Positions 37,501 through 45,928 of a DNA stretch of 55,746 nt are shown here, in pieces. Location: IMG/VR virus record IMGVR_UViG_3300030108_001317, positions 1 through 55,746 of that record, one strand, 5' to 3'. Source of the DNA: a virus (Duplodnaviria > Caudoviricetes). The notes below the pieces were generated by a model. That model was not told where the DNA came from. It did no database searches and saw only the letters and a list, made by a program, of their open reading frames with translations. The stretch's first letter is position 1, and every line of letters starts with the position of its first letter. The position numbers were made by a program, and so were the translations under genes.

Positions 37501-39534
37501 TAGCATCTTGACTGTTACATTAGTAGGTATGTTTTGTGTAAATCCGGCTTCTTCGTAAAGTCTTTTAGCTTTTACATCTAGTAATCTATTTATATCTGCT
37601 TGAGGCAATACACCTTGTAAAGACAATATATCTATACCTGTGGCTTCTCTGCCTACTGCATTTATTAGTCTTTCATAAGCAGCAGAGTTTACATTAGGAG
37701 ATTCTTCTACATCTCTTATGTCTATTTGTCCAAAGTAAGGGTTTAGTACAGCATTTCCAAGTTTACTAACAAAAGGATTAGTTTCAGAATCTGCACTTAA
37801 ACCTTGCATAGTAGCAAAATTACTTTTTAGTTCATTTGAGTAATTAGCCCCACTTATTAAATTTAAAACTCCTGATATACCTGCGGCTTCCTCTTGTGTA
37901 TTAAAAGTATTTCCTATAACTTCTTGGTAAGTATCTATTATTGCAAAGTTGCCTTGTCCGTCAGGTTGAACAAAAAACTGATTAGGTGCTACAACATCAT
38001 TATCTGTATCAGCAAATGTATTTATCTTTCCTTGATTTTCTTGATAGGTTTTAAAAGCTTCATTAAAAAAAGGTATGCCTGTATCATAAATTCTATTACC
38101 GTCTGCTGTTTGTACTTCGCCAGCTATTTCCCCTAATCCTATTTGTTTAGCTTGTTCTTTTACAATTTGTACTTGTTCTACAGCACGATTAAAGTTTTCT
38201 TCTTTAGCAGCAGTTAGACTTTTGATTTCTTGATTGGCACTTATACCTCCTAATACAATATCAGCAGGAACAAAAGCAGCTTCACCTGCTATTTCAAAAA
38301 AAACGTCAGCCATATTTACTCTTTCGCCTTCTTCTAAAGTAGCCAACTGAGCAAAATATTCGGCTCCACCCGGTAGCCCCATTTGTAATGGTGTTTGTGC
38401 AACTAAATTATAACTCTGTCTTACAACAGGATTAACAGCAGTACCAATAGGACCTTTAACAAAAGGCATAATAGAACGATTTGCACTTGTTATAACAGAA
38501 GGGGCAATAATTCTAGTTGCTATACCACCAGTAACTCCGTCAATAAAACCTATTGTTGCTCCTCTTGTCAAAGCATATTGATTAGCTTCAGCCAACAATT
38601 CATCATTTGACATAATCCGTTTAATAGATTCAGGGTCAGTCATATCTAATCCATTAGCACGTAAATATTCGTGCATAGAATGACTGTATTCTATTTCACC
38701 TGAAACTCCACCTGTACCTAATACTTGTCCGCCAAATTTAGTTAAAGCACCTGTACTTCTTAGGGCAGCACCTACACCAAAACTTGTTGCGAGTATTTGT
38801 GATGATGCAGAACCTGAACGTCCAAGCAAGTCACCCATAAAATCTAATTTTTGCGAAAAGGTTAAATCGCTCATAAAAGCACCAAAACCATCTCGTAAAC
38901 TATCTTGACCTTGTTCAGCTATCCACTTAAAAGCATCACTAACTTCTACTTCATCTATAGATTTTTGTAATGTATCAAATGTATTAAGAGTATCTTTGTT
39001 AAACTGTATAAGCCCTTTTTCTGCTTTTTCATCAGTTTCGTACATTTGTGGAGAAATAGGCTGTCCCGGAAACATCTCTTGAATCTGTCCGGATTTTCCG
39101 GTGCCATACAGCATAATATGTAGGTCTTGTTTTCTTTTGACCTCATCAGAATCAAGAGTTTGATTTTTTTCTTTGTCTAAAAGTGCGTTGTATTCATTAG
39201 TAAGTTGTTCTTCTTCTAATAAATTTTCGTAAATGTTTACTTTATCTATGTCAGCTAAAGCTTCTTGTTCAAAACCAGCTTCAAATTGTTGACCTATTGA
39301 GTCACCCTCGTCATAAAACTCAGGCGGACGTAGTTTAGGTGCAACATTTTCATAAGGATTATAAGGTGGTAATGTAGTTTCTTCTTCTACAGGTGTGGTC
39401 GCTACAGTTTCTTCTTCAACTGTAGGAGTTTTGAATTTAGTTTCAACGTCTTGTATTCTTCTGAAAATTTCGTCATCATCTAAACCATCAGGTAAGAATA
39501 AAAAACTTCCGTCAGAAAGTGGATAATTAGGCAT
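31534..39534 (-). CDS. Giant internal virion/ejection protein (polyvalent): HExxH metallopeptidase-like, zeta-toxin-like kinase, LPD38-like C-terminus
   Basis: GHELFH (~36790); LGPPASGKS/VDSDDAK/RF.KTGR.VP (~34560-35070); LNFTRRG..IPF.N...QG and IPIPFEVG; last gene of the ejection cluster. Confidence 0.75.
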   Translation of the reverse strand: MPNYPLSDGSFLFLPDGLDDDEIFRRIQDVETKFKTPTVEEETVATTPVEEETTLPPYNPYENVAPKLRPPEFYDEGDSIGQQFEAGFEQEALADIDKVNIYENLLEEEQLTNEYNALLDKEKNQTLDSDEVKRKQDLHIMLYGTGKSGQIQEMFPGQPISPQMYETDEKAEKGLIQFNKDTLNTFDTLQKSIDEVEVSDAFKWIAEQGQDSLRDGFGAFMSDLTFSQKLDFMGDLLGRSGSASSQILATSFGVGAALRSTGALTKFGGQVLGTGGVSGEIEYSHSMHEYLRANGLDMTDPESIKRIMSNDELLAEANQYALTRGATIGFIDGVTGGIATRIIAPSVITSANRSIMPFVKGPIGTAVNPVVRQSYNLVAQTPLQMGLPGGAEYFAQLATLEEGERVNMADVFFEIAGEAAFVPADIVLGGISANQEIKSLTAAKEENFNRAVEQVQIVKEQAKQIGLGEIAGEVQTADGNRIYDTGIPFFNEAFKTYQENQGKINTFADTDNDVVAPNQFFVQPDGQGNFAIIDTYQEVIGNTFNTQEEAAGISGVLNLISGANYSNELKSNFATMQGLSADSETNPFVSKLGNAVLNPYFGQIDIRDVEESPNVNSAAYERLINAVGREATGIDILSLQGVLPQADINRLLDVKAKRLYEEAGFTQNIPTNVTVKMLENLGKKLNVNIDTKSNGFKSLSLRLTGEANFNKLNGQQKRLVYSFLNTLPAHEGNIISLPDFSPRPYTLNEYNQVVEVLNTGSTPTIPNIVKALGLNPNNLADKRVATRLRQDLVSAGIVDQKGSKYKFNANGEWTLNSIEQSKIQNDPTAKQELKDIQKFRNLLGTAFEKMNLPEISVRLDKAIQTRVGQANPDAEGQFDPIWSEVFLSVAKAKEGTTTEQEVLNNLSKTMGHELFHAAVFLDLFSPQERANLDNYVRNNQLNNKTAIEVLGKEQLNILKTELGRMPTYLEAVEFRYNALDNQNLNSVDLLEEANALLFEDYIENKKLSGKPRSLMERTKKFFTSINNGLNELGYQTYEDVFDKLLGGEIGTRERYGDVKQSVEITGVDEFGAPTRNYEVQTPVVRTNRILVSEFADLLRVTETSIGNEYFPDAADRASPDYKRPLQDAPNLKFKLANVQQRPTTLTMEFIKGAINEEYGNDINQIAQNIFGRNIINNPNVVRRLGRSVENLEVGVTQSQLFHSTQNTLKKKGYPDTFPVYVVGDIAKGTSTVATNNLEEATRIANEFVSTPFEIFGDSKQITEYTIDKEKVMLDKDIMFGLRPPAFAQPSLPATDYLLVGSNALIAAPKREITYQAETPPQPVPRRKLDLGPLKPKYKMSPNEFMTRKGTRGKQITDNLRVYGRPSIMEGQATLEERKLSKKLKLSTPLDDIAFTNAKKDLLELMNKGVDILDLADHPASLEGMNRMSELETTKNKYINLYGEQWFLNDTYIRTRDFIINNKRVKGLPKATKFLMDVAESYSPTPVPNNRQAYILLGPPASGKSFFAEEIAKNYKLAIVDSDDAKKIIPEYAGGVGANATHDEASMLANNVRRDLINEGKNILLPRVGGYGKRKKIQETIDELKENGYNVKTVLVDVDYRIALGRMYERFAKTGRLVPPTYLEDVKNTPIDTFHRVKYVTDGFAWIDNNGGKNQQVIRQDTGILPSSLFGGRESQVRRILRESSQIAEQEAVLSEVVDLQEAIEGAKGINERLINNGLTPKFNLNASPDAIRAAYIQELKDPESIILKDVLNPKYSFKNSGKKLDDKTERLVQKLTIRDDFDDAPSMGSIILRTAKGYMTEDAIREQLVDRYARFNTVGIQAARARGIKEEMLTADVSGISALLFSDRSGEVFRAAFAEGIPVYDEKGYVRVETVSPIDGKAVAPPMEFLTPAFLNPQLMWAFQAVRIAKRETRFDKEGKPVKTTAQDRKDAAQALNDYPELKEMSEAYDRWDQHVVKFLVDTGVLDEKTAQKWTAHADYFPFYRMMGRDQDGNILTKGPQIFKGMTMRRNIFVRAKGSEDKDIVDPISGIADNLRAAITLGMKNIAANRVVRDMVDAGFAQQVPLNASGNNIVNIRVGGKNKSFAVDDVDLYEAFQNFEGGPITFGGAFSRFTAAPKELLSALITRTPDFWIRQILRDSISAQTILGGNFIPLATSLKNWTRVWSGMIANRLPFTDKDYIPEGVTQMRRAGIVSGYDAVVREIDDSQKLIKAAYKKAGINNRNTLQTIAGAPIDIVLGLWELIGEGTISSDAATRLAVYEDVLEKTGNEAEAVFMAMEVLNFTRRGKNPVMQYLATVIPFQNPRLQGVDVFYRGATGAYGQPQTSKQARRRAFALRMGMLASLTPLMYIFMKDSEPFEEASEEQRDNYYILPFKVGGEVIAIPIPFEVGLLTYTIPMRILRYFDEKETGSQVTKGVLRRIGQSLAIDPRQATILNAPLEVMTGYDFYTGRPIVPPNMQNLDKELQYRANTNNLWKELSEETGGIISPLEIDNLWRGYTGTIGAWIANATDAYSREFLDMPDRPVSRLDEKPAVGALLLPKEGRGQENDFYLLKETADNLLSSMKTNQDRMLKEGDQFALNLTEQYRTEYMQELKSLTQDLNNINETLRETYLEERRIMNSDLSGERKTERITELQDLRNFILEGINDRRMKLEKGLFEDIRQARQ

Positions 39535-39535
39535 C

Positions 39536-40834
39536 TTAGAATCTACTGCTCATATCAATCATTGGAGGGTCTTCAGGTAAAGCAGGTACTTTTCCTCCAC
39601 CATACATATCTTCAAGATAAATACCCATATAAGCATTTTCTAAATAGTATCGTTTAGCTGCTACAGCAGCTTCTTCTTTAGTCATGCCTTCTTGCTCTAC
39701 TAACTTTTTAACATAGTCAAAACCTTTTGAACCCGCAACCCAACTATCGGCAGCATCATTTAAGTCTGACCTAGTTCTATATTTTTGTGCAGTTATAGAA
39801 GGAGTACCTATAATCTGTCCTGATTCTTTCATAGCTTCATAATTAGGTTCATCCGAATAAGTTATTCTACCTGTTTTTTCGTCTGTTATTGGTATAGCAA
39901 ATCGTTTAGGGTCTGATTTAGCTAATTGTTTTGCTATAGCTATATTAGCTTGGTCTTTAGTTCCCATCCTATCGTAATAATCACCTAATTTTTTAGCTTG
40001 TTCTCCTTTATATGCAAGTTCTGCTATTCTAGTATCTCTTTCTCTATTAGTTTTAGCAATATCAGCTTCAAATTTAGCTTGTTGCATAGTTTCTGCATCA
40101 GCAGCAGCTAATGTTTTAGCAGCACCTTCAATTACAGGATTTAAGTTTTTTTGCAGTTGTTGTGGTGTAGCTGATGTTCCAACAGCAAGTCCTGCTCTAA
40201 GTAAATCTAATCCCTGTCTTGAGCGTCTTCTTTTTTCTTGCTCCATAGGGTCATAATAACTTCTAACTAAATTTTGATAATCTAACTCAGCTTGTGTAGG
40301 TTGCATTCTTTCTGCATAGAAGTCGTAAAACTCTCCTACACCTACAGGATTATATTCATTAAAAGGCACTTGTTGTCCGGGAAACATTTCTACAATTCCT
40401 CCACCGCTATAACCCATCTTTTCTACTACTTCAGGTGCAACTTTAGCTAATGCCTCTAAACCTTTATTGGGTAGTTCTTTGCCCTCTTTCATTCCCACCA
40501 TATTACTAGGCATCATTTGTCCTATACCTTGATTACTAACGGGCATCATAGGCGTATTTTGTGGCATACCTTGCATATTCATCATAGGGGTAGGTGTCAT
40601 ACTACCAAGACCTTGATTCATCATACCCATATTAGCTTCGTTTACTATTCTATCTGCTACAGTATTATCTTTCTTATAAGAAGCCATACGTCCTGCATGG
40701 TCTTCTCTCATATCCTTACGGCGTTTCATTTCAGATATAACTAAATACTGTGGAAAAGCCCCTGTTTGCATAGCTTGCATCAAAGCTGAATCTGGTAATG
40801 ATTTAATATCGTCTTCTATTTGTAGTATATTCAT
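39536..40834 (-). CDS. Internal virion protein
   Basis: PQYLVISEM.RR N-terminal motif; Met/Gln-rich and helical; ejection cluster. Confidence 0.55.
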   Translation of the reverse strand: MNILQIEDDIKSLPDSALMQAMQTGAFPQYLVISEMKRRKDMREDHAGRMASYKKDNTVADRIVNEANMGMMNQGLGSMTPTPMMNMQGMPQNTPMMPVSNQGIGQMMPSNMVGMKEGKELPNKGLEALAKVAPEVVEKMGYSGGGIVEMFPGQQVPFNEYNPVGVGEFYDFYAERMQPTQAELDYQNLVRSYYDPMEQEKRRRSRQGLDLLRAGLAVGTSATPQQLQKNLNPVIEGAAKTLAAADAETMQQAKFEADIAKTNRERDTRIAELAYKGEQAKKLGDYYDRMGTKDQANIAIAKQLAKSDPKRFAIPITDEKTGRITYSDEPNYEAMKESGQIIGTPSITAQKYRTRSDLNDAADSWVAGSKGFDYVKKLVEQEGMTKEEAAVAAKRYYLENAYMGIYLEDMYGGGKVPALPEDPPMIDMSSRF

Positions 40835-40849
40835 TTGTTACCTTTTAAA

Positions 40850-40865
40850 TATTGAACGTTCAATG
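40850..40865. promoter_or_regulatory. Palindromic site, copy 10
   Basis: AAATATTGAACGTTCAATGTTT in a 32-bp intergenic gap. Confidence 0.65.
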
Positions 40866-40866
40866 T

Positions 40867-41907
40867 TTAACGTACTCCTCCTAAAGCCTGATAAATACCT
40901 AGTCCACCTAATCCTAAACCAAGCATAGTAGATGCGGCAGATGGAGTAGGTTGATAACTCGAAACTTGTTGTCCCGGAGTTATAGGCATACCTCGTAAAG
41001 CTTGTTGGAAGAATGATATGTTCTGTCTAGGATAAGCAAGTTGGTCTTGAAACTCTTGATAGCCCATATCGTATATCTGTTGCTGCATAGCTTGTCTAGC
41101 TGTTCCTGCCTGTCCTAATTGGTCTAGTCTGTCTATTTCTGCTCTTTGTCTAGCAAAACCTAAATCAGCAAGTGAACCTGCTGCACCTAGTTGTTGTGCT
41201 CTAGTAGCTTGGTCTATACCTAAACCACTAAATCTAGCTGCTCTGTCTCTATCAAAAGCAGCTTGTGCTTGTGCATAGTTTTCAGCAGAACCAGCAAGTT
41301 GTATATCGCTTATTTGTTTTCCTAATGCTGCCTCCCGTTCTGACTGCATTATTGCTTCTCTATATCCTCCTAAACCGCCTGAAGCAGCAGCATCCTGTGC
41401 TATTAAATTACTAGCTTTCAATGACTGTTCTCTAGCCGCATCTTTAGCCATATCTATAACTGCTTGTTGATAAGGGTTCATATAAGACATTACGTTGCCA
41501 TATATAGGATTTCCAGCCGAATCTACGCCAGTCATACGGTTAAATGTATTTGTAGCAACAGCTTGTCCTGACCCTATAGCTGGAACTACAGTACCATCTG
41601 GTAGTTGCATTTGATTTCTTGCTATATCCTCTATTACATTACTAGCTGGCATTATCTGTGTAGGGTCACCAGCTACAGCTAGTCCTGCTTTACCTGTCAT
41701 AGCTAACTCTTGTTCAGGAGTAAACGTAGCTAATCTTTGACCCTCATAAGTAGTATATGGAGCAAGAGATTCTGTCTCTGCTCTTTGCATAAGCCTCGTT
41801 ATATATGGCTCTGCATATTCAGGTAGATTAGTCTGTGTTACTGTTGATGTGGTTTCTTGAACACCACCTCCGCCGCCGCCTTTACTCATTGTCAAACCTC
41901 TTTTCAA
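40867..41907 (-). CDS. DNA transfer/pilot (ejection) protein
   Basis: MSKGGGG N-terminus, YEGQRLA.F, YMNPYQQAV, Gly-rich hydrophobic C-terminus. Confidence 0.6.
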   Translation of the reverse strand: MKRGLTMSKGGGGGGVQETTSTVTQTNLPEYAEPYITRLMQRAETESLAPYTTYEGQRLATFTPEQELAMTGKAGLAVAGDPTQIMPASNVIEDIARNQMQLPDGTVVPAIGSGQAVATNTFNRMTGVDSAGNPIYGNVMSYMNPYQQAVIDMAKDAAREQSLKASNLIAQDAAASGGLGGYREAIMQSEREAALGKQISDIQLAGSAENYAQAQAAFDRDRAARFSGLGIDQATRAQQLGAAGSLADLGFARQRAEIDRLDQLGQAGTARQAMQQQIYDMGYQEFQDQLAYPRQNISFFQQALRGMPITPGQQVSSYQPTPSAASTMLGLGLGGLGIYQALGGVR

Positions 41908-42379
41908 ATACCGTATAAGCTTTCTTCCAATTAGACCTGCTTAACCATTTCCAAAATCCGAACCTAGCTGTACCCTCTATTCCATCGCAACCTGAGTCTT
42001 TTGCCCAAGCTTCAAGTTTCATACAAAGCAACCAAGCCCACTCTTTAAAATCATCTCCACCAATGTATTGTATTGCACACATTAAACTAGCAGGGTATCT
42101 AACAAATTGTGTAGTAGCTACTCCTAATACTTTGTTGTCTTTATCTAATGTTACCCATAACTGTTGCTCATCATTTACTAAAGCTTGATATACATAATCT
42201 ATAGTCCATCTGCCACCTGAACGACTAACAGCTTTTTCTAAATGAGGTTTTGCATCATCCCATACTGTATATAATAAATTTATTGGAATTAAACTTATTA
42301 CGTAATCTGGATATTCTTCTTTTATCGTTACGTAATTAGTATCTGATTCGTCATAATTATTAACTTCTAAAGTATTCAT
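41882..42379 (-). CDS. Hypothetical, possibly GNAT-like virion assembly protein
   Basis: QQLWV, IGG, EAWAK..GC..IEG.AR.G.W.WL; position among ejection genes. Confidence 0.45.
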   Translation of the reverse strand: MNTLEVNNYDESDTNYVTIKEEYPDYVISLIPINLLYTVWDDAKPHLEKAVSRSGGRWTIDYVYQALVNDEQQLWVTLDKDNKVLGVATTQFVRYPASLMCAIQYIGGDDFKEWAWLLCMKLEAWAKDSGCDGIEGTARFGFWKWLSRSNWKKAYTVFEKRFDNE

Positions 42380-42380
42380 A

Positions 42381-45300
42381 TTAACCTGCCATTACCTTTT
42401 TATCATTTAGTGGAGCAGCTTGTTTGGTTGTGCCTGTTTTTTCTGTCCTAACTCTATCTAGCATATCATCAAGCTTGTCGGAACCTTCATTAGAATTACC
42501 ATCTCCTAACATAGAAACTACATCTGCTGGGATAATATACTCACCGGGCGATACTGCTACTCCTTGTTGATTTCCAATCATACCCATAATGTTGTCTTCC
42601 ATACCTCCGCCCATACCCATAACTAAACCTTGAGTCTGTGCATTAGGTACTTGTTGTCTAAGAATAGTATCTCTAGCTTGTAAAAAAGCATCTACTCCAA
42701 ATAGTTCTATATATGCTTGTATAACTTTATCAGGATTAGGGTGATTACCTAATACAGCTTCTCTAATTTCTTGTTGTAAAGAGAGTTCTCTACTCATGTC
42801 AGCATTTCGTATATTAGGAACTTGCATACCAGCTTGCATATTTTGGTCATCACCTTGCACATAATCACGGTCTTCTTCGTCATCATCTTTTACATAATCA
42901 CGGTCTTCTTCTTTTTTATCCTCTGTTTCTTCTTTGTCCTCTTGTTTTGCTTCTTCTTCTGCTTGTTTTTCTTGAGCCTCTAAGTAAGCTAAGTAATCTT
43001 CGTAAGTTTGAGTTTTTAATTTTTCATAATCTGCTGAAGGTATATCACCTCTTGCTAAAGCATCAGCTAAAGCTTGTTGATATGCAGTTCTTTTAGCATC
43101 TTGTTCTGCTCTATTTAAAGTTTTATATATATAACCAGCAGAACGTACAGCAGGGTCTCTTTCATAGTTACCACCTTGAGATGGGTCTTCTGCATATATT
43201 CCTACTCCGGCATAACTTATATTACCTACCTCTGGTACATTTAATACTGAATATCCATTATTTAACTCAATTACACTACCGTCCATTGGATTTCTAAATG
43301 TACTTAAATCATCTATTTGTGTACGTGAACCATCAACACCTATTAATATTCCAGAAGTAGCCATACGCCTTTCGCCCGGTGCTTTATTTTCTGTGCTATC
43401 TGCTACATATCCTAATAATGGGTCTGTATTAGTGTAAACAAAAGTTCCGTCTGCTGCGGAGCCTTTTGTTCCGTACCCTGTTGCTGAAACAATAACAGTA
43501 TCATCATCAGCAGCAGCTATTTGTGCAGCGTTATCAGCAGTTGCAATTATTATATTATTAGCAGGAATTCCTGCTTGTATTGCTGCATCATAAGCTTCAT
43601 ACACACCAGCTTCTCTTGCTGCGTTTAATAAAGTTTCTCTGTTTAGTTCTACTTGTGAATATGCAGAAGCAGGGTCACCTAGATATGGGTTCATTCCCAT
43701 TTTTCCACCACCTGAACCATAACCATAAACTGCTTCCGTGTAGTCATCGCTACTAGGGTCAACATATCCGGGGTCACCCGGTTGTAATTCTTGACCAGTA
43801 ACAGGGTCTGTATTACTTGTAACAACTACATCTTCAGTATATGGACTATTTGCTACTGTAGTTTGTGTTCCGTCTTCATAAATAACTGTTGAAGTTCCAT
43901 CATTATTGTCTATGACTGTACTACCCGGATTATTAGTTAAATCACTATCTGTAACATTAGTTTTGCCACCACCTGTGTCGTATTCTTGCTGTGTATTAAC
44001 ATAGGTGTCCGCATTTGTTTGTCTTTTATTAGGATTATTTTGAGTTTGTTGTTGTGTTTGAGTTTGTCCTGTTTGAGTTTGTCCTGTTTGAGTTTGTCCT
44101 TCTTGTGTAATATCAGAACCGTATTGAGTAAAAGTACGTCCTGCACCTTGTTGTGCTAGTTCTAAACCTACATTACGAAAAGGACTAAGTAATTGTGTAG
44201 TTAAAGGTAAACCTGCATTGTAGGCATCTTGCACTCTTGATATAACACTTCCTGTAGGTACAGCATCATAGTCATATCGAGGTAATGTCATGGGTTGATA
44301 AGTGCTAGGCAAAACAGGAGGAGGTGTAAATTCTTGACTTGTTCCAGCAGCAGCTTCAGCAGCACTAATAGCACTTGCTGGAATTACTCTATCAGGAAAA
44401 AAATTAAACTCAGAGTCTATACCCGGCATATAAGTATTTGCAGGTCTATATTGACCTTCATTACCAACACCAACAATACCGCCCTCTTGATATGCAGGTA
44501 CTTGTCCACCTTCAGCAGAAAAATACGTTAAGTAAGGATTTCTTGAATGTATAACTTCAGGATATTTTTTATACATCTCTTCTTTTTTCTTTTCTCTTTC
44601 TGCCCTCATTCTATCCATATCTTGAAGGTATCTATCTTGTGCATTCTGTGCAGCTAATGAACCACCACCTAAAGCTATAGGAAGATAGTTATCAGCAACT
44701 GCTTGTATAGTATCTTTTGAAGCAAAATTAGATGCTAGATTGCCTAATCTTTCAGTACCTGACATATTCATAAATTGTTGTTCAGCACCTAAAGCAGCTT
44801 GTTCTGTTATGTCTTTTATTTGTAATGGTGTTAAACCTTTATTTATAGCTTCTTGTCTACTTAAATCACCTAAGATATCTATTTGGGTTTGCATTTCTGG
44901 AGTTAGTTGGTCTAGTGGTATACCTTGTTGTGCAGCTAATCTTAATTGTTCTCCTGTTACAGTTTGTTGTGCAGCTATATCACCTGCTTGGGTTAAAGCC
45001 GTATCAGTTAACCCTTCTGCAAGCGTTTCTTCTACTGGTCCACTAATAATATCACCCATAATTTGACCAGAACCGTAACCTAATACAGCAGATGCAATAC
45101 CTTTTTCTAAATCACCTGTTTCTAGGTAAGTGCCTAGTCCTGAACCTAATGCTGCACCTCCGGCAGCAGTACTTATAAATCCTGCACCTAATAAGTTAGG
45201 AAAAAATGCTCCTCCTAATAAACTACCTAATATAGCCCCTACAAAGGCTTCAGGTTGTCCAGTTTTAGGATTAATGGTTATAGGCATAATAGATGCTAAT

Positions 45301-45392
45301 CCAGCTACTTCTTGTGGATTTACGTGCATAAGCATAGTGTCGCCATAGCGACCCATTTTTGCTAATTCTGCTGCTTGTTTTCTAGCATCCAT
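42381..45392 (-). CDS. Large internal virion protein
   Basis: GRYGDT.L.HVNP.E, TINPKTG.PEAF, C-terminal SPGEYIIPADVVS.LGDG; start re-picked at MDARKQ. Confidence 0.6.
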   Translation of the reverse strand: MDARKQAAELAKMGRYGDTMLMHVNPQEVAGLASIMPITINPKTGQPEAFVGAILGSLLGGAFFPNLLGAGFISTAAGGAALGSGLGTYLETGDLEKGIASAVLGYGSGQIMGDIISGPVEETLAEGLTDTALTQAGDIAAQQTVTGEQLRLAAQQGIPLDQLTPEMQTQIDILGDLSRQEAINKGLTPLQIKDITEQAALGAEQQFMNMSGTERLGNLASNFASKDTIQAVADNYLPIALGGGSLAAQNAQDRYLQDMDRMRAEREKKKEEMYKKYPEVIHSRNPYLTYFSAEGGQVPAYQEGGIVGVGNEGQYRPANTYMPGIDSEFNFFPDRVIPASAISAAEAAAGTSQEFTPPPVLPSTYQPMTLPRYDYDAVPTGSVISRVQDAYNAGLPLTTQLLSPFRNVGLELAQQGAGRTFTQYGSDITQEGQTQTGQTQTGQTQTQQQTQNNPNKRQTNADTYVNTQQEYDTGGGKTNVTDSDLTNNPGSTVIDNNDGTSTVIYEDGTQTTVANSPYTEDVVVTSNTDPVTGQELQPGDPGYVDPSSDDYTEAVYGYGSGGGKMGMNPYLGDPASAYSQVELNRETLLNAAREAGVYEAYDAAIQAGIPANNIIIATADNAAQIAAADDDTVIVSATGYGTKGSAADGTFVYTNTDPLLGYVADSTENKAPGERRMATSGILIGVDGSRTQIDDLSTFRNPMDGSVIELNNGYSVLNVPEVGNISYAGVGIYAEDPSQGGNYERDPAVRSAGYIYKTLNRAEQDAKRTAYQQALADALARGDIPSADYEKLKTQTYEDYLAYLEAQEKQAEEEAKQEDKEETEDKKEEDRDYVKDDDEEDRDYVQGDDQNMQAGMQVPNIRNADMSRELSLQQEIREAVLGNHPNPDKVIQAYIELFGVDAFLQARDTILRQQVPNAQTQGLVMGMGGGMEDNIMGMIGNQQGVAVSPGEYIIPADVVSMLGDGNSNEGSDKLDDMLDRVRTEKTGTTKQAAPLNDKKVMAG

Positions 45393-45393
45393 A

Positions 45394-45732
45394 TTATCTT
45401 TCCTCTTTTGTTTCACAGCCAAATATATTAAAACTCATATCTACTGCACTCGTATACACTTTTACAACATCTGTTTGATTTAATGTTATGCCTAAAACTA
45501 TGGCAAACGAATCATTTGCTCCTACAGATTTGTCGTAATACAAAAATTGTTTATCATCAGCCGTAGCACCGCCTACGTGTACGCTCAATCTAAAAGTAAT
45601 TGCTGAACCGGTTCTATTTGCTGCCACTATTGAACTTACAGTTGTTTGTGTCATATCAGGCACAGTATATAAAGTAGTTGTAGTTGTAGCTGCTGGGTCA
45701 ACCTGACCTAAAACTTTTAACGTATCAGTCAT
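45394..45732 (-). CDS. Putative virion protein
   Basis: LYTVP...T.VSSI...N beta-rich family. Confidence 0.5.
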   Translation of the reverse strand: MTDTLKVLGQVDPAATTTTTLYTVPDMTQTTVSSIVAANRTGSAITFRLSVHVGGATADDKQFLYYDKSVGANDSFAIVLGITLNQTDVVKVYTSAVDMSFNIFGCETKEER

Positions 45733-45928
45733 GTTTCATACCCATTAATAAAAATTGATGTCTTTTAATTGATTTACTTGGAATGCTTTCTTGCATTCTT
45801 TTAAGTAAAAAAACTTCTCTTTCTAATAGCTGTATTGCTTTTACTAATACATCTCTAGTCAATTCTTCATTATTAAAATCATATACAGGCGATGCCATTG
45901 GTAAAGTTGTAGGTGCTTTTTGACTCAT
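45725..45928 (-). CDS. Hypothetical protein
   Basis: LP.A...Y motif; coupled to both neighbours. Confidence 0.5.
   Translation of the reverse strand: MSQKAPTTLPMASPVYDFNNEELTRDVLVKAIQLLEREVFLLKRMQESIPSKSIKRHQFLLMGMKHD

Noticed and set aside
44050-44100. GQTQT 15-bp repeats (also the EEDRDYV duplication near 42860-42910)
   Set aside because: Ordinary low-complexity slippage in a disordered region.
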